From Myxococcota bacterium (GTDB lineage: Bacteria; Myxococcota; SpSt-1050): a DNA stretch of 25,552 nt. A program made the translations under genes and the position numbers. The stretch spans positions 1 to 25,552 of the forward strand of contig JBMFOP010000044.1 of the NCBI GenBank assembly GCA_049969675.1. The letters are read 5' to 3'. Under the pieces are notes generated by a model. The model was not told the origin of the DNA. It searched no databases and saw nothing but the letters and a program-made list of their open reading frames with translations. Below, one piece after another: positions 9,158 through 17,887 of the stretch (within the stretch, counting starts at the first letter, position 1; every line of letters starts with the position of its first letter).

Positions 9158-9617
9158 ATCTGTCCAAAACAAATTTTAATTTTAGACCTCCTGGATATTA
9201 GATTTTGATAGAGAAGGATCTATATGAATATTGATTGCGTTAGTTTTTGATAAATTCTACAAATATCTCTTATGAATAGGTTTTATAAGGCGGTAAGAGA
9301 GAGAATGGTTGATAATGGAGCAGGTGATTTTAATTGTTGAGGGCAATTAGTAGCAATAGATTTCAAACGGAGTTTAGCATACAAGAATTTTGGGGAATGA
9401 ATAAATTCCTGGAGAAACCACCAATTGTGCCAGATGCAGCAATTGTAGTGGCTATGAATATTAGCCCTTACTTAAGTTGAACAGCATTTTAAGGGTTTGT
9501 GAACAAAAGGAGATAACCTGATTTTGAGAATATAGATTGAGAATATAGATCCAGAATCCTTATTTTACAGATAGTTAACTTTTCAAATCAGATTATTTTG
9601 GACAGCAGTGAAATCAC
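9158..9617. mobile_element. Non-coding repeat copy B; probable MITE with terminal inverted repeats
   Basis: Homologous to 111-771. CTGTCCAAAA (9160-9169) and TTTTGGACAG (9596-9605) form a perfect 10-bp inverted repeat. aaatcaccc occurs at both 9146-9154 and 9611-9619. Confidence 0.7.
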
Positions 9618-9763
9618 CCATATATTGAAATCATTTTAAAACCGTGTGCCTCTATACTGTTATCATATACGGCTCACACGCCAAATTAAGAATCAGTATA
9701 AAAGAGGAGTTAAAAGGAGAAGGGTCGTGCCAGATTTTAATTTTAAATCTATAATAAAAATTC

Positions 9764-9780
9764 TTGACATATTGCGTCAA
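9764..9780 (+). promoter_or_regulatory. TTGACA -35 element overlapped by a TTGAC-N7-GTCAA palindrome upstream of etfB
   Basis: ttgacatattgcgtcaa, ~105 bp upstream of the etfB start; the -10 match is weak. Confidence 0.35.
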
Positions 9781-9885
9781 AAATTGATATTTGAAATACC
9801 TGTCGTTTTATTGTATAAGCGAGGTTCTGTTTTGAAAAAGTTCGGTGTGTATCAATAACCTTTTACTTAAAGAAGGAGGAATACC

Positions 9886-10641
9886 GTGAAGATTTTAGTT
9901 ACAGCAAAAAGGGTGACAGACCCTGATATGAAGATTAAGGTCAAGCCAGACGGGACTGGCATTGTCACTGATGGGATGAACTACAAGATTAATCCATTCT
10001 GCGAAATCGCTGTTGAAGAGGCGCTGAGGATTCGCGAGAAGGGGAATCAGGCTGAGATAGTAGTCATTGGAATCGGTCCCAAAGAGGCAGCAACCGAACT
10101 CAGGACTGCCCTTGCAATGGGTGCAGACAGGGCAATACTTGTCCTCTTAGAGAAATACTATGATTCAACCGTGGTAGCGAAGATTTTGAAGAAGATTGTG
10201 GAGGATGAAAAACCAGACTTGATTATCACAGGGAAACAGGCCGTAGATGATGATTCAAATCAGGCTTCACAGATGCTATCGGCACTCTTGGGGTATCCAC
10301 AGGCATGCTTTGCATCAAAGATTGAACTCATAGACGGTGGCAAGAAGGCAAAGGTCACCAGAGAGGTGGATGGCGGACTTGAGACAATTCAGGTAGAATT
10401 ACCGGCTATTGTCTCTGCTGACCTGAGATTAAATGAACCGAGATATCCAACAGTCCCAAACATTCTCAAGGCAAAGAAGAAGCCACTAAAGGAGATTCCT
10501 GTTGAATCACTCGGAATAGACATTACACCGCGAACAGAGTTTGTGAAAATGACCGAACCACCAACCCGTAAGGCCGGTATCAAAGTGCCGGATGTCGCAA
10601 CTCTGGTTGATAAATTAAAGAACGAAGCAAAGGTTATATAA
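9886..10641 (+). CDS. etfB: Electron transfer flavoprotein beta subunit
   Basis: GTG start after an AGGAGG RBS; KINPFCEIAVEEALR, LRTALAMGADRA, GKQAVDDD, REVDGG and LNEPRYP motifs. Confidence 0.96.
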   Translation: MKILVTAKRVTDPDMKIKVKPDGTGIVTDGMNYKINPFCEIAVEEALRIREKGNQAEIVVIGIGPKEAATELRTALAMGADRAILVLLEKYYDSTVVAKILKKIVEDEKPDLIITGKQAVDDDSNQASQMLSALLGYPQACFASKIELIDGGKKAKVTREVDGGLETIQVELPAIVSADLRLNEPRYPTVPNILKAKKKPLKEIPVESLGIDITPRTEFVKMTEPPTRKAGIKVPDVATLVDKLKNEAKVI

Positions 10642-10657
10642 AAGCAGGAGGTTAAAA

Positions 10658-11620
10658 ATGGCAAAAGTATTAATCATAGCAGAGCATACAAAAGGACAAA
10701 TCAAAAAGGCCACTCTCTCATCTATAACCGCTGCCACAAAAGTTGGTGGAGGATATTCAATAGTGGTGGTCGGCAAGGATGTAAAAGGGGTTGCAGACCT
10801 ATATGCAAAGTATGGCGCAGAGAAGGTCTTTGTGATTGATAACGACATCTTTAAAAATTACATAGCAGAGAACTATGCAGAGGCTATTGCACAATTGATA
10901 AAGGCAAATAACTTTGAATTTGTATTTGGCTCGGCCACTGCATTTACAAAGGACCTTCTACCAAGAATCGCTGCCAAGTTTGACGCAGGTATGGCTTCTG
11001 AGGTGCTCTTCATTGAGGTAAGTGGTGGCGATGTAATCTTTGCAAGACCTATGTGGGCTGGAAATGCTATTGCACACATCAAAATAACCTCACCGGTTAA
11101 GTTTGCCACAATCAGAGCCACAGAGTTTGACCATGCAAAGGAGGCGGCTACTTTATCTCCAGTGGAGGCATTTACCGCAAATGTTGATCCAGCAAAGGCA
11201 AAGGTAGAATATATTGAATTTGCTGAGACAAAGAGTGAGAGACCCGAACTCACAGAGGCAAGGGTAGTAATATCCGGCGGAAGAGGTGCAAAGGGTCCCG
11301 AGGGATTCAAACTCATTGAAGAGTTAGCGGACCTATTAAACGCAGCAATCGGTGCATCAAGAGCGGCGGTAGACTCTGGCTGGGTTCCCAATGACCTTCA
11401 GGTTGGCCAGACTGGAAAGATTGTTGCTCCAGAACTATATATCGCCTGTGGTATTTCTGGTGCCATTCAGCATCTGGCAGGAATGAAAGGTTCCAAGGTC
11501 ATTGTTGCAATCAATAAAGATGAAGAGGCACCAATCTTTCAGGTAGCAGATTATGGACTGGTGGCAGATATGTTTAAGGCGATTCCAGAGATCATCTCAG
11601 CCATAAAGGCCTCCAGATAA
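10658..11620 (+). CDS. etfA: Electron transfer flavoprotein alpha subunit
   Basis: RPELTEARVVISGGRG, GASRAAVDSGW, QVGQTGKIVAPELYIACGISGAIQHLAGM FAD-binding motifs; AGGAGG RBS. Confidence 0.96.
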   Translation: MAKVLIIAEHTKGQIKKATLSSITAATKVGGGYSIVVVGKDVKGVADLYAKYGAEKVFVIDNDIFKNYIAENYAEAIAQLIKANNFEFVFGSATAFTKDLLPRIAAKFDAGMASEVLFIEVSGGDVIFARPMWAGNAIAHIKITSPVKFATIRATEFDHAKEAATLSPVEAFTANVDPAKAKVEYIEFAETKSERPELTEARVVISGGRGAKGPEGFKLIEELADLLNAAIGASRAAVDSGWVPNDLQVGQTGKIVAPELYIACGISGAIQHLAGMKGSKVIVAINKDEEAPIFQVADYGLVADMFKAIPEIISAIKASR

Positions 11621-11652
11621 AGCATTTTTTGAATTTAATAAAGGAGTAAAAA

Positions 11653-13782
11653 ATGTCCTTTATGCACCAGAGTCTTTTATCTTTTCTGTTTGCATCAGAT
11701 AAATCTTCTTTAATCCCGACACATAACAGTGTCCTTGCTATGATACTCTTTATTCTGGTCATTGCAACGGGGATTGCAGTCTTTGCCTATCTTATGTATC
11801 AGAGATGGCAGATATTGAAGATTGGAAAATATGAAGATAGATTCTCAAATTTCACAACCCGAATCAAGAATGTAATAGTCGTAGCATTCTTCCAGAAGAG
11901 GATTCTGAATGAACTTCAGGCGGGAATAATGCACGCCTTTATATTCTGGGGTTTCTGTGTGGTCTCCATCAACTCTCTCACATTTATTGGAGAGGGATTT
12001 ATAAATGGATTCCATCTGCCGTTTCTTGGACCGGATCAGATATTGGGAAAGATCTATGGATTTACCAAGGACCTATTTGAGGTTCTGGTGCTGATTGGAC
12101 TTGCCATCGCATTTTACAGAAGGCTCATTTTGAAACCAAAGCGACTGACATACTCATTTGAGGCAAATCTCATCCTGATATTCATTCTGCTACTTATGAT
12201 AAGCGACTTCTTTATGTTTGGTATAAAACTAAATGCAAATGAACTATCTCAGGAATTTTCGAAATTCGTCTTTGCCTCAGCGATTGCAGGTAAACTGGTC
12301 TCCAGATGGTCTATGGATGCACAGCAGACATTTTATATGGTAAATTTCTGGCTGCACCTTGTAATATTCTTCTCCTTTTTAAATATCCTGCCACTTTCAA
12401 AACACTTTCATGTCATTACATCCATACCCAATACATATTTCGTAAAGCTCACTCCAAAAGGTCAATTGACAAAGATGAACCTTGAGGATGAGACGCTTGA
12501 ATCTTTTGGGACTAGCAGAATAGAGGACCTCACCTGGAAACAGATCTTTGATACCTGGACCTGTACAGAATGTGGGAGATGTCAGACATATTGCCCTGCT
12601 TATGAGACCGGCAAACCACTCTCTGATAAAGAGATAAATCAAGATCTCAAACACCATATTTATGATGAGGCGCCATACATTATTGAGGAGAGAAAGTATA
12701 AATCCCAACAAAATACAGATTCAACACAGGGTAGTTCACAGGGGAATAAGCAGGGAGGAGAGTCCCATAAAAGACCAAATATGATAGGAGAGATTATCAA
12801 AGAGGATACCATCTGGGCATGTACAACCTGCGGATGGTGTGAGGAGGCCTGCCCGGTACAGATTGAGAATATAGGGAGGATTATAGATTTTAGAAGATAC
12901 CTCGTGCTCACAGAATCCAGATTTCCCAAAGAGGCAACATCTGTATTTAAGGGGCTTGAGAACAACTCCAATCCATGGGGACTCGGCTCAAATAAACGTC
13001 AGGATTGGGCAGAGGGTGTTGAGGGAGTAAGGTGGGCATCCGAAAATCCCGATTTTGAGTATCTGTTTTATGTCGGTTGTGCAGGGAGCTTTGATGACAG
13101 GAACAAGAAGATAACAAAGGCTATGGTAAAGATTCTAAACATCGCAGGGATTAACTTTGCTATGCTCGGAAATGAAGAGGGGTGTTGTGGAGACTCCGCG
13201 CGAAGACTCGGAAACGAATATCTCTATCAGACTCTCGCACAGACAAATATAGAGACATTCAACAACTACAAAGTCAAGAAGATAATCACCACCTGCCCCC
13301 ATGGATACAACACCATTAAGAATGAATATCCCCAATTCGGCGGAAATTATGAGGTGTATCACCATACAGAATTCATTCTTAAACTTATAAATGAAGGAAG
13401 GTTGAAGTTAAAGAACCCGATCAATCAGACCCTAACATATCACGACTCCTGCTACCTCGGTAGAATAAATGATATTTATGAAGAGCCGAGAGAGATATTG
13501 AAGAGGCTCAGCGGAGTAAATTACAAAGAGATGCCAAGAAATCATTATCAATCCTTCTGTTGTGGTGCTGGCGGTGGGAGGATGTGGTTGGAGGAGCATA
13601 TAGGGACAAGAATCAATATCAACAGAACAGAAGAGGCATTAAGCCTAAACCCGGACACCATTGCAGTAGGTTGCCCATTCTGTCTGATAATGCTTGATGA
13701 TGGAATCAAAGATAAGGGCGCAGAGGAGAAGGTGAAGGTTCTGGACATATCCGAAATCGTTGCAAAAGCCATAGAGCAATAG
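11653..13782 (+). CDS. Membrane-bound Fe-S oxidoreductase (FadF/HdrF-like; cytochrome b-type TM domain, 2x[4Fe-4S], 2x CCG), probable EtfAB:quinone oxidoreductase
   Basis: N-terminal TM helices with MHAFIFWGF, FWLH and SKHFH histidines; CTECGRCQTYCP and CTTCGWCEEACP; CCG domains EGCCG...TCPH and HDSC...FCCGAGGG...CPFC; directly follows etfBA. Confidence 0.9.
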   Translation: MSFMHQSLLSFLFASDKSSLIPTHNSVLAMILFILVIATGIAVFAYLMYQRWQILKIGKYEDRFSNFTTRIKNVIVVAFFQKRILNELQAGIMHAFIFWGFCVVSINSLTFIGEGFINGFHLPFLGPDQILGKIYGFTKDLFEVLVLIGLAIAFYRRLILKPKRLTYSFEANLILIFILLLMISDFFMFGIKLNANELSQEFSKFVFASAIAGKLVSRWSMDAQQTFYMVNFWLHLVIFFSFLNILPLSKHFHVITSIPNTYFVKLTPKGQLTKMNLEDETLESFGTSRIEDLTWKQIFDTWTCTECGRCQTYCPAYETGKPLSDKEINQDLKHHIYDEAPYIIEERKYKSQQNTDSTQGSSQGNKQGGESHKRPNMIGEIIKEDTIWACTTCGWCEEACPVQIENIGRIIDFRRYLVLTESRFPKEATSVFKGLENNSNPWGLGSNKRQDWAEGVEGVRWASENPDFEYLFYVGCAGSFDDRNKKITKAMVKILNIAGINFAMLGNEEGCCGDSARRLGNEYLYQTLAQTNIETFNNYKVKKIITTCPHGYNTIKNEYPQFGGNYEVYHHTEFILKLINEGRLKLKNPINQTLTYHDSCYLGRINDIYEEPREILKRLSGVNYKEMPRNHYQSFCCGAGGGRMWLEEHIGTRININRTEEALSLNPDTIAVGCPFCLIMLDDGIKDKGAEEKVKVLDISEIVAKAIEQ

Positions 13783-14115
13783 AATTTTAATTTGCTGTCC
13801 ACCGCCCACAGTTGCTTCCCTATTATCAACTTATATTTTACAATGACTGCTTCTCCTTTTTATATTAGCAACCGATTTGATATAATGTTGCTGTTCAGCG
13901 GGAAGTTCAAACCATCTATCTCCCGCTTCAATACTACTACAGTCCCGTGCATAGGTCATAACAGTTTCACTGGGGAGAGGTTTTGCCCTGTCTGCAATAA
14001 CTCCATTCATTTGTTGAACATCTTTTCTGAGATATAAATCACGAAGCTCAGTCGCATTTGTCCTTTTAATTCTGATAATCTTCTGATATAAGTTATACTC
14101 ATACTGGAGGAGGGT

Positions 14116-14697
14116 ATGTCATTTATCATTTCAATTGTGCTTCTGATTGTTTCAATCGTTCTCCTGCTTCTTTATATCAAAGAGAAGAATGGAAGATTGT
14201 CAATCCGAATTGGTAAGAGAGGGAGTTCTGTCATTGCCTCTGAGATACCATTTGACAACGACACAGAGTTGGTAGAGGGGATTTTATCTTATATTCCCGT
14301 GATTAATGAATATCAGATTTACCTCGCATGCTCAGGTATGGATGAGAGGAGTCCGAATAAGATTATCTCTGATAGAGAATATTTTCTCGGCAAACTTGAC
14401 TCAGAAGAGATGAAAGGTTTTAGGCTCAAGAGCCCTTTTAAGGATATATCTATATTCTTTCTCAATGAAGAGATTGAGGATAAAGAGAAGATACTTCTGA
14501 CTCATGACCTGATTGTAAACTCTGCCCAGATTCCAGACAGGGAACTGCTCCTTGAATCCGGCTTTATAGTGACTATTATTGCATCAAGTAATCTAATTGT
14601 AGTTACTGGCGTAAAAGGGGAGTTTGAAAGACTTCTATTATATCTCTTTGAATACCTCTCCGGGAAAAATAAGAGTCTCATTCTTTCAAAGATGTAA
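14116..14697 (+). CDS. Hypothetical protein with N-terminal membrane anchor
   Basis: GGAGGAGG RBS; 193-aa ORF with a hydrophobic N-terminal helix; no family recognised. Confidence 0.75.
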   Translation: MSFIISIVLLIVSIVLLLLYIKEKNGRLSIRIGKRGSSVIASEIPFDNDTELVEGILSYIPVINEYQIYLACSGMDERSPNKIISDREYFLGKLDSEEMKGFRLKSPFKDISIFFLNEEIEDKEKILLTHDLIVNSAQIPDRELLLESGFIVTIIASSNLIVVTGVKGEFERLLLYLFEYLSGKNKSLILSKM

Positions 14698-14751
14698 TTA
14701 CAAAAATTTTCTACATTCTTCTACAGGACACCAATCTATATCTCTTTAATG

Positions 14752-16278
14752 TTATTTATTATACCAGCTCGGTTTATAGAGTATATGGTAATTTTTAGGG
14801 TCAAGAGGGTTCATCTTCATATAGATATTTCTAAGCCCGACCTTTAGAGAGACCAGAAGCCACCATAAATACATATTGCGCTTATATCTATACTTTGAGG
14901 TAAGACCTTTTAATATCCATCGGGGTCTTATGTAATCAGATGTAATCTCTGCCATTAAATCCAGAATCTCCTCTCGTGTAAGATGTTCAGAATCCATAAC
15001 AGGTGTACTCCAATCAAACTCCTCAAAATCTACATCTTTTAGCCAGCCTTTTGTTATTGCCTCATCATACATAATTGTACCAGGCACAGGGGTGAGCGGA
15101 TGAAAGGCGGGGAAATCAAGTCCAAGTCTCTTTGCATATTCTCCAAGCGCAAGTAGTGATTCTCTACTCTCCCCTCTGTGCCCTACAATAAAAGTGCCCT
15201 GAAGAAATACCTGTGGATATTTTCTCTTAAATATGCTGATTATCTCTTCCGTGATTGAGGGTTTATAGAATTTCTTATTAAAACTTTCAAGTACATCTTT
15301 TTCACTCCTCTCAATTCCGATACAGATGTGCACAAGTCCACTTCTAACCATCTTTTCAAGTATCCCGTTCTTTTCATCTCTTAAAAGACAGTCTGCTCTC
15401 ATAAATGCAAACCATTGAACAGGTAGATTCTTCTTAATCAAAAGCCCTGCAAATTCATCATTCCACTCGGGCAGCAGATTGAAGGAGTCATCCACAAATA
15501 TCATCATCTGTTTTTTATAGACCCTATAGAGATATTCAACCTCCTCAACTGTATATTGCGGGCTTTTTGTCCTGAATCTCGGAATGAGTTTGACCCTGCC
15601 GTTCTCAATCCTTCTCTCGGCATTATTTACCCAGAAGGCACAGAAGCTACATCTTCCGGTGCATCCTCGTGAGTGATGTATCGTGGTGCCACCCGGCGAG
15701 AATAGGTAATCTGACTTTCCGTAGAGATGCATAGGGAGCATATCATATGCTGGCATTGGAAGGGTATTGAGGTCATCAATTAGCCCTCTCGGCTCTGTTA
15801 TTATGATCTGTTCTTCCCTCCTAAAGGCTATACCCTTTACTCTCTCAATCCCGGATGCCCCACCTTCTATATGTTGTAACAATTCTAATAATGTGACCTC
15901 TCCTTCTCCAATGACAACATAGTCAACCACATCTGAAGAGAGAGTCCATTCTATGGTATTTGCAAAGTGGGTTCCACCCGCTATGGTTACGATATCCCTA
16001 TCAATAGATTTTGCAAGCCTCAGCACCTTCAATGCCTCGGACGCATACATAGAGTGATTTTCACCAACAGCCACCACATCAGGTCTGAAGTCAATAATCT
16101 CTCTTGCAAGTGATTTATATCCTATATGTAGAGGGAGACAGTCAAGCACCTTAACATCAATCTTCTCTCTTCTGAGAAATGCAGCAAGACATATCAGATT
16201 TTGAGGTACAAGATAGTTATCCTGTTCGTGTATAAAGGGCCAGAATTTACGAGGACCATGTACTAATAGTACTCTCAT
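14752..16278 (-). CDS. Cobalamin-binding radical SAM protein (class B), #1
   Basis: B12-binding domain (IAGGTH, VIGEGE), LPMPAYDML, SRGCTGRCSFC, TPVPGT; ATGA overlap with the upstream radical SAM gene. Confidence 0.93.
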   Translation of the reverse strand: MRVLLVHGPRKFWPFIHEQDNYLVPQNLICLAAFLRREKIDVKVLDCLPLHIGYKSLAREIIDFRPDVVAVGENHSMYASEALKVLRLAKSIDRDIVTIAGGTHFANTIEWTLSSDVVDYVVIGEGEVTLLELLQHIEGGASGIERVKGIAFRREEQIIITEPRGLIDDLNTLPMPAYDMLPMHLYGKSDYLFSPGGTTIHHSRGCTGRCSFCAFWVNNAERRIENGRVKLIPRFRTKSPQYTVEEVEYLYRVYKKQMMIFVDDSFNLLPEWNDEFAGLLIKKNLPVQWFAFMRADCLLRDEKNGILEKMVRSGLVHICIGIERSEKDVLESFNKKFYKPSITEEIISIFKRKYPQVFLQGTFIVGHRGESRESLLALGEYAKRLGLDFPAFHPLTPVPGTIMYDEAITKGWLKDVDFEEFDWSTPVMDSEHLTREEILDLMAEITSDYIRPRWILKGLTSKYRYKRNMYLWWLLVSLKVGLRNIYMKMNPLDPKNYHILYKPSWYNK

Positions 16279-17681
16279 TTCATCATTGCATAAATGCCAT
16301 AAAGCAGATTTCTGGGAGTGATAGTTCTTATCTTGAAGAGGTGTCTAATTATCATTTTGGGTCTCAGGTAGAACCTTCTGGTTGCAATCTTCTGTAACTT
16401 TAAGAGCCTCTCAGCAGATATTGTATCTGTTGATATAACCATAGTGGATGGATCTGGATTAAATGTTGTAAAATTCTCCCAATCTCTTCTGTTCAGCTTC
16501 CCCTTTGCAATAAGCTGGTCATATAGTTGTGAACCCGGGAATGGGACAGTAATAGCAAATTTTGCAAAATCCACATCGGACTCAATTGAAAACCTGATTG
16601 TCTCTTCAATCTCATCCTCTGTCTCATCAGGTAGCCCTATCATAAAAAGCCCTACTATATGAATATTCTCTTTGTGGGCAATCTGAATCATCTCTTTTGT
16701 GAGCGACAGGTCAAGTCTTTTATTTATTGAATTGAGAACCCTCTGACTACCAGATTCAATACCAAACAACAATCTCCTCGCACCGGACCTGTACATAAGA
16801 TTCAGCAATTTCTGATTCAATCTATCGGGTCTCGTTTCCGAAATCCAGACAACCTTCTTATTTATTCCTCTTCGTATTAATTCTTCACAGAGTAAAGTTG
16901 TATGTTCTTCATCAAACGGGAATATGGGGTCTATAAATCCTATCTGCCTGACATTGAAATTTTTATAGAGATATTCAAATTCATCGGCAATTGATGCTGG
17001 AGAACGTTTTCTATATATCTTCCCCATATAGTCAAGAGAGCAATAGGTACATCTATAAGGGCAACCCCTTGAGCCGGATATTGAGAGTGTCGGTTTTGCA
17101 ATATCTGCAAAAGGTAACATACCATATTCTTTATAGGGGAAGAGTTGCCACGCAGGAAATGGTAGGTCGTCCAGATTTGTAGGTGGTTCTCTATTCGGGG
17201 TATTTATATTTTTTCCATTCTCCCTGAAGGCGATACCTTTGATGTCTCTTAATTCTCTTTTCTTTTCAAGATAATCAACAATCTCCAGAATCGTCTCCTC
17301 CCCCTCACCGTGTGTAATGATATCTGCGATCCCGGTATTTAAGAAATCCTCATAAAACAGGCTTGCGTGAATTCCACCCAAAACTATCTTTGTCTCTTTT
17401 GATTTATCTCGTATGATCTGGCACATCCTCTCAACAACAGGGGCAGAAGGGGTGAGTGTGGTAATCCCAACAAGATCCGGCCTGAATAACCCTATCCTAT
17501 TTGCAAGGTCCTCGTAAGAGAGGCTCTCTCCAAAATAGTCCATCACCTCAACTTCAAAACCCTTTTTAATAAGGATGGCGGCGATATACGCGAGCCCAAT
17601 ACAGGGCATCGCCTGTAAAAGTCTGGAGAATCTTCCAAACTTCTCTCTTACTATAGGTGGATTTATAAGTAAGGCACGCAC
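16275..17681 (-). CDS. Cobalamin-binding radical SAM protein (class B), #2
   Basis: LLINPP, IGLAYIAA, LGGIHAS, HGEGEET, SRGCPYRCTYC, FGIESGS, PFPGS; GTG start overlaps the TAG of the upstream 16-aa ORF. Confidence 0.93.
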   Translation of the reverse strand: MRALLINPPIVREKFGRFSRLLQAMPCIGLAYIAAILIKKGFEVEVMDYFGESLSYEDLANRIGLFRPDLVGITTLTPSAPVVERMCQIIRDKSKETKIVLGGIHASLFYEDFLNTGIADIITHGEGEETILEIVDYLEKKRELRDIKGIAFRENGKNINTPNREPPTNLDDLPFPAWQLFPYKEYGMLPFADIAKPTLSISGSRGCPYRCTYCSLDYMGKIYRKRSPASIADEFEYLYKNFNVRQIGFIDPIFPFDEEHTTLLCEELIRRGINKKVVWISETRPDRLNQKLLNLMYRSGARRLLFGIESGSQRVLNSINKRLDLSLTKEMIQIAHKENIHIVGLFMIGLPDETEDEIEETIRFSIESDVDFAKFAITVPFPGSQLYDQLIAKGKLNRRDWENFTTFNPDPSTMVISTDTISAERLLKLQKIATRRFYLRPKMIIRHLFKIRTITPRNLLYGIYAMMK

Positions 17682-17731
17682 TACTTTTTAGGTCTAATTC
17701 CTTTTGGTCTTGGATTTGGTCTCCAGTTCAT
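17681..17731 (-). CDS. Unannotated 16-aa Arg/Pro/Lys-rich peptide MNWRPNPRPKGIRPKK (candidate RiPP precursor or leader peptide)
   Basis: Minus strand reads ATG AAC TGG AGA CCA AAT CCA AGA CCA AAA GGA ATT AGA CCT AAA AAG TAG. GGAGG (17742-17738) lies 6 nt before the ATG. The TAG shares its G with the GTG of radical SAM #2. Confidence 0.75.
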   Translation of the reverse strand: MNWRPNPRPKGIRPKK

Positions 17732-17749
17732 AATAAACCTCCAAATCGT

Positions 17750-17778
17750 AATTTATAACAACAAATTTTTATTGTCAA
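17750..17778 (-). promoter_or_regulatory. Sigma70-type promoter for the peptide-rSAM-rSAM operon
   Basis: Perfect TTGACA (17778-17773), 17 bp, TAAATT (17755-17750); predicted start ~17743, just before the RBS. Confidence 0.6.
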
Positions 17779-17887
17779 TAAATGTGTCATTTTTATTATT
17801 TAATTGGCTCAACCTTTAATTAAAAGAAGGGAGTAAATTGGAGTATTATTAAATACAGGTTGCTGGTAAAATTTTGGGATGAAAGAT

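Noticed and set aside
13800..14000. Cobalamin or c-di-GMP riboswitch, 6S RNA or SRP RNA
   Set aside because: Only fragments (aatagggaa, cactgggga, gggcaaaacc...gaaa) match; the conserved cores and their order are missing.
14752..16278. Calling the radical SAM genes bchE, hpnP or another named enzyme
   Set aside because: Only the generic class B architecture is visible, and there are no photosynthesis or hopanoid genes in the window.
17681..17731. Triceptide/darobactin-type cyclophane precursor because of the Trp
   Set aside because: Those maturases are SPASM-domain radical SAM enzymes; the adjacent enzymes are B12-binding and lack SPASM Cys motifs.
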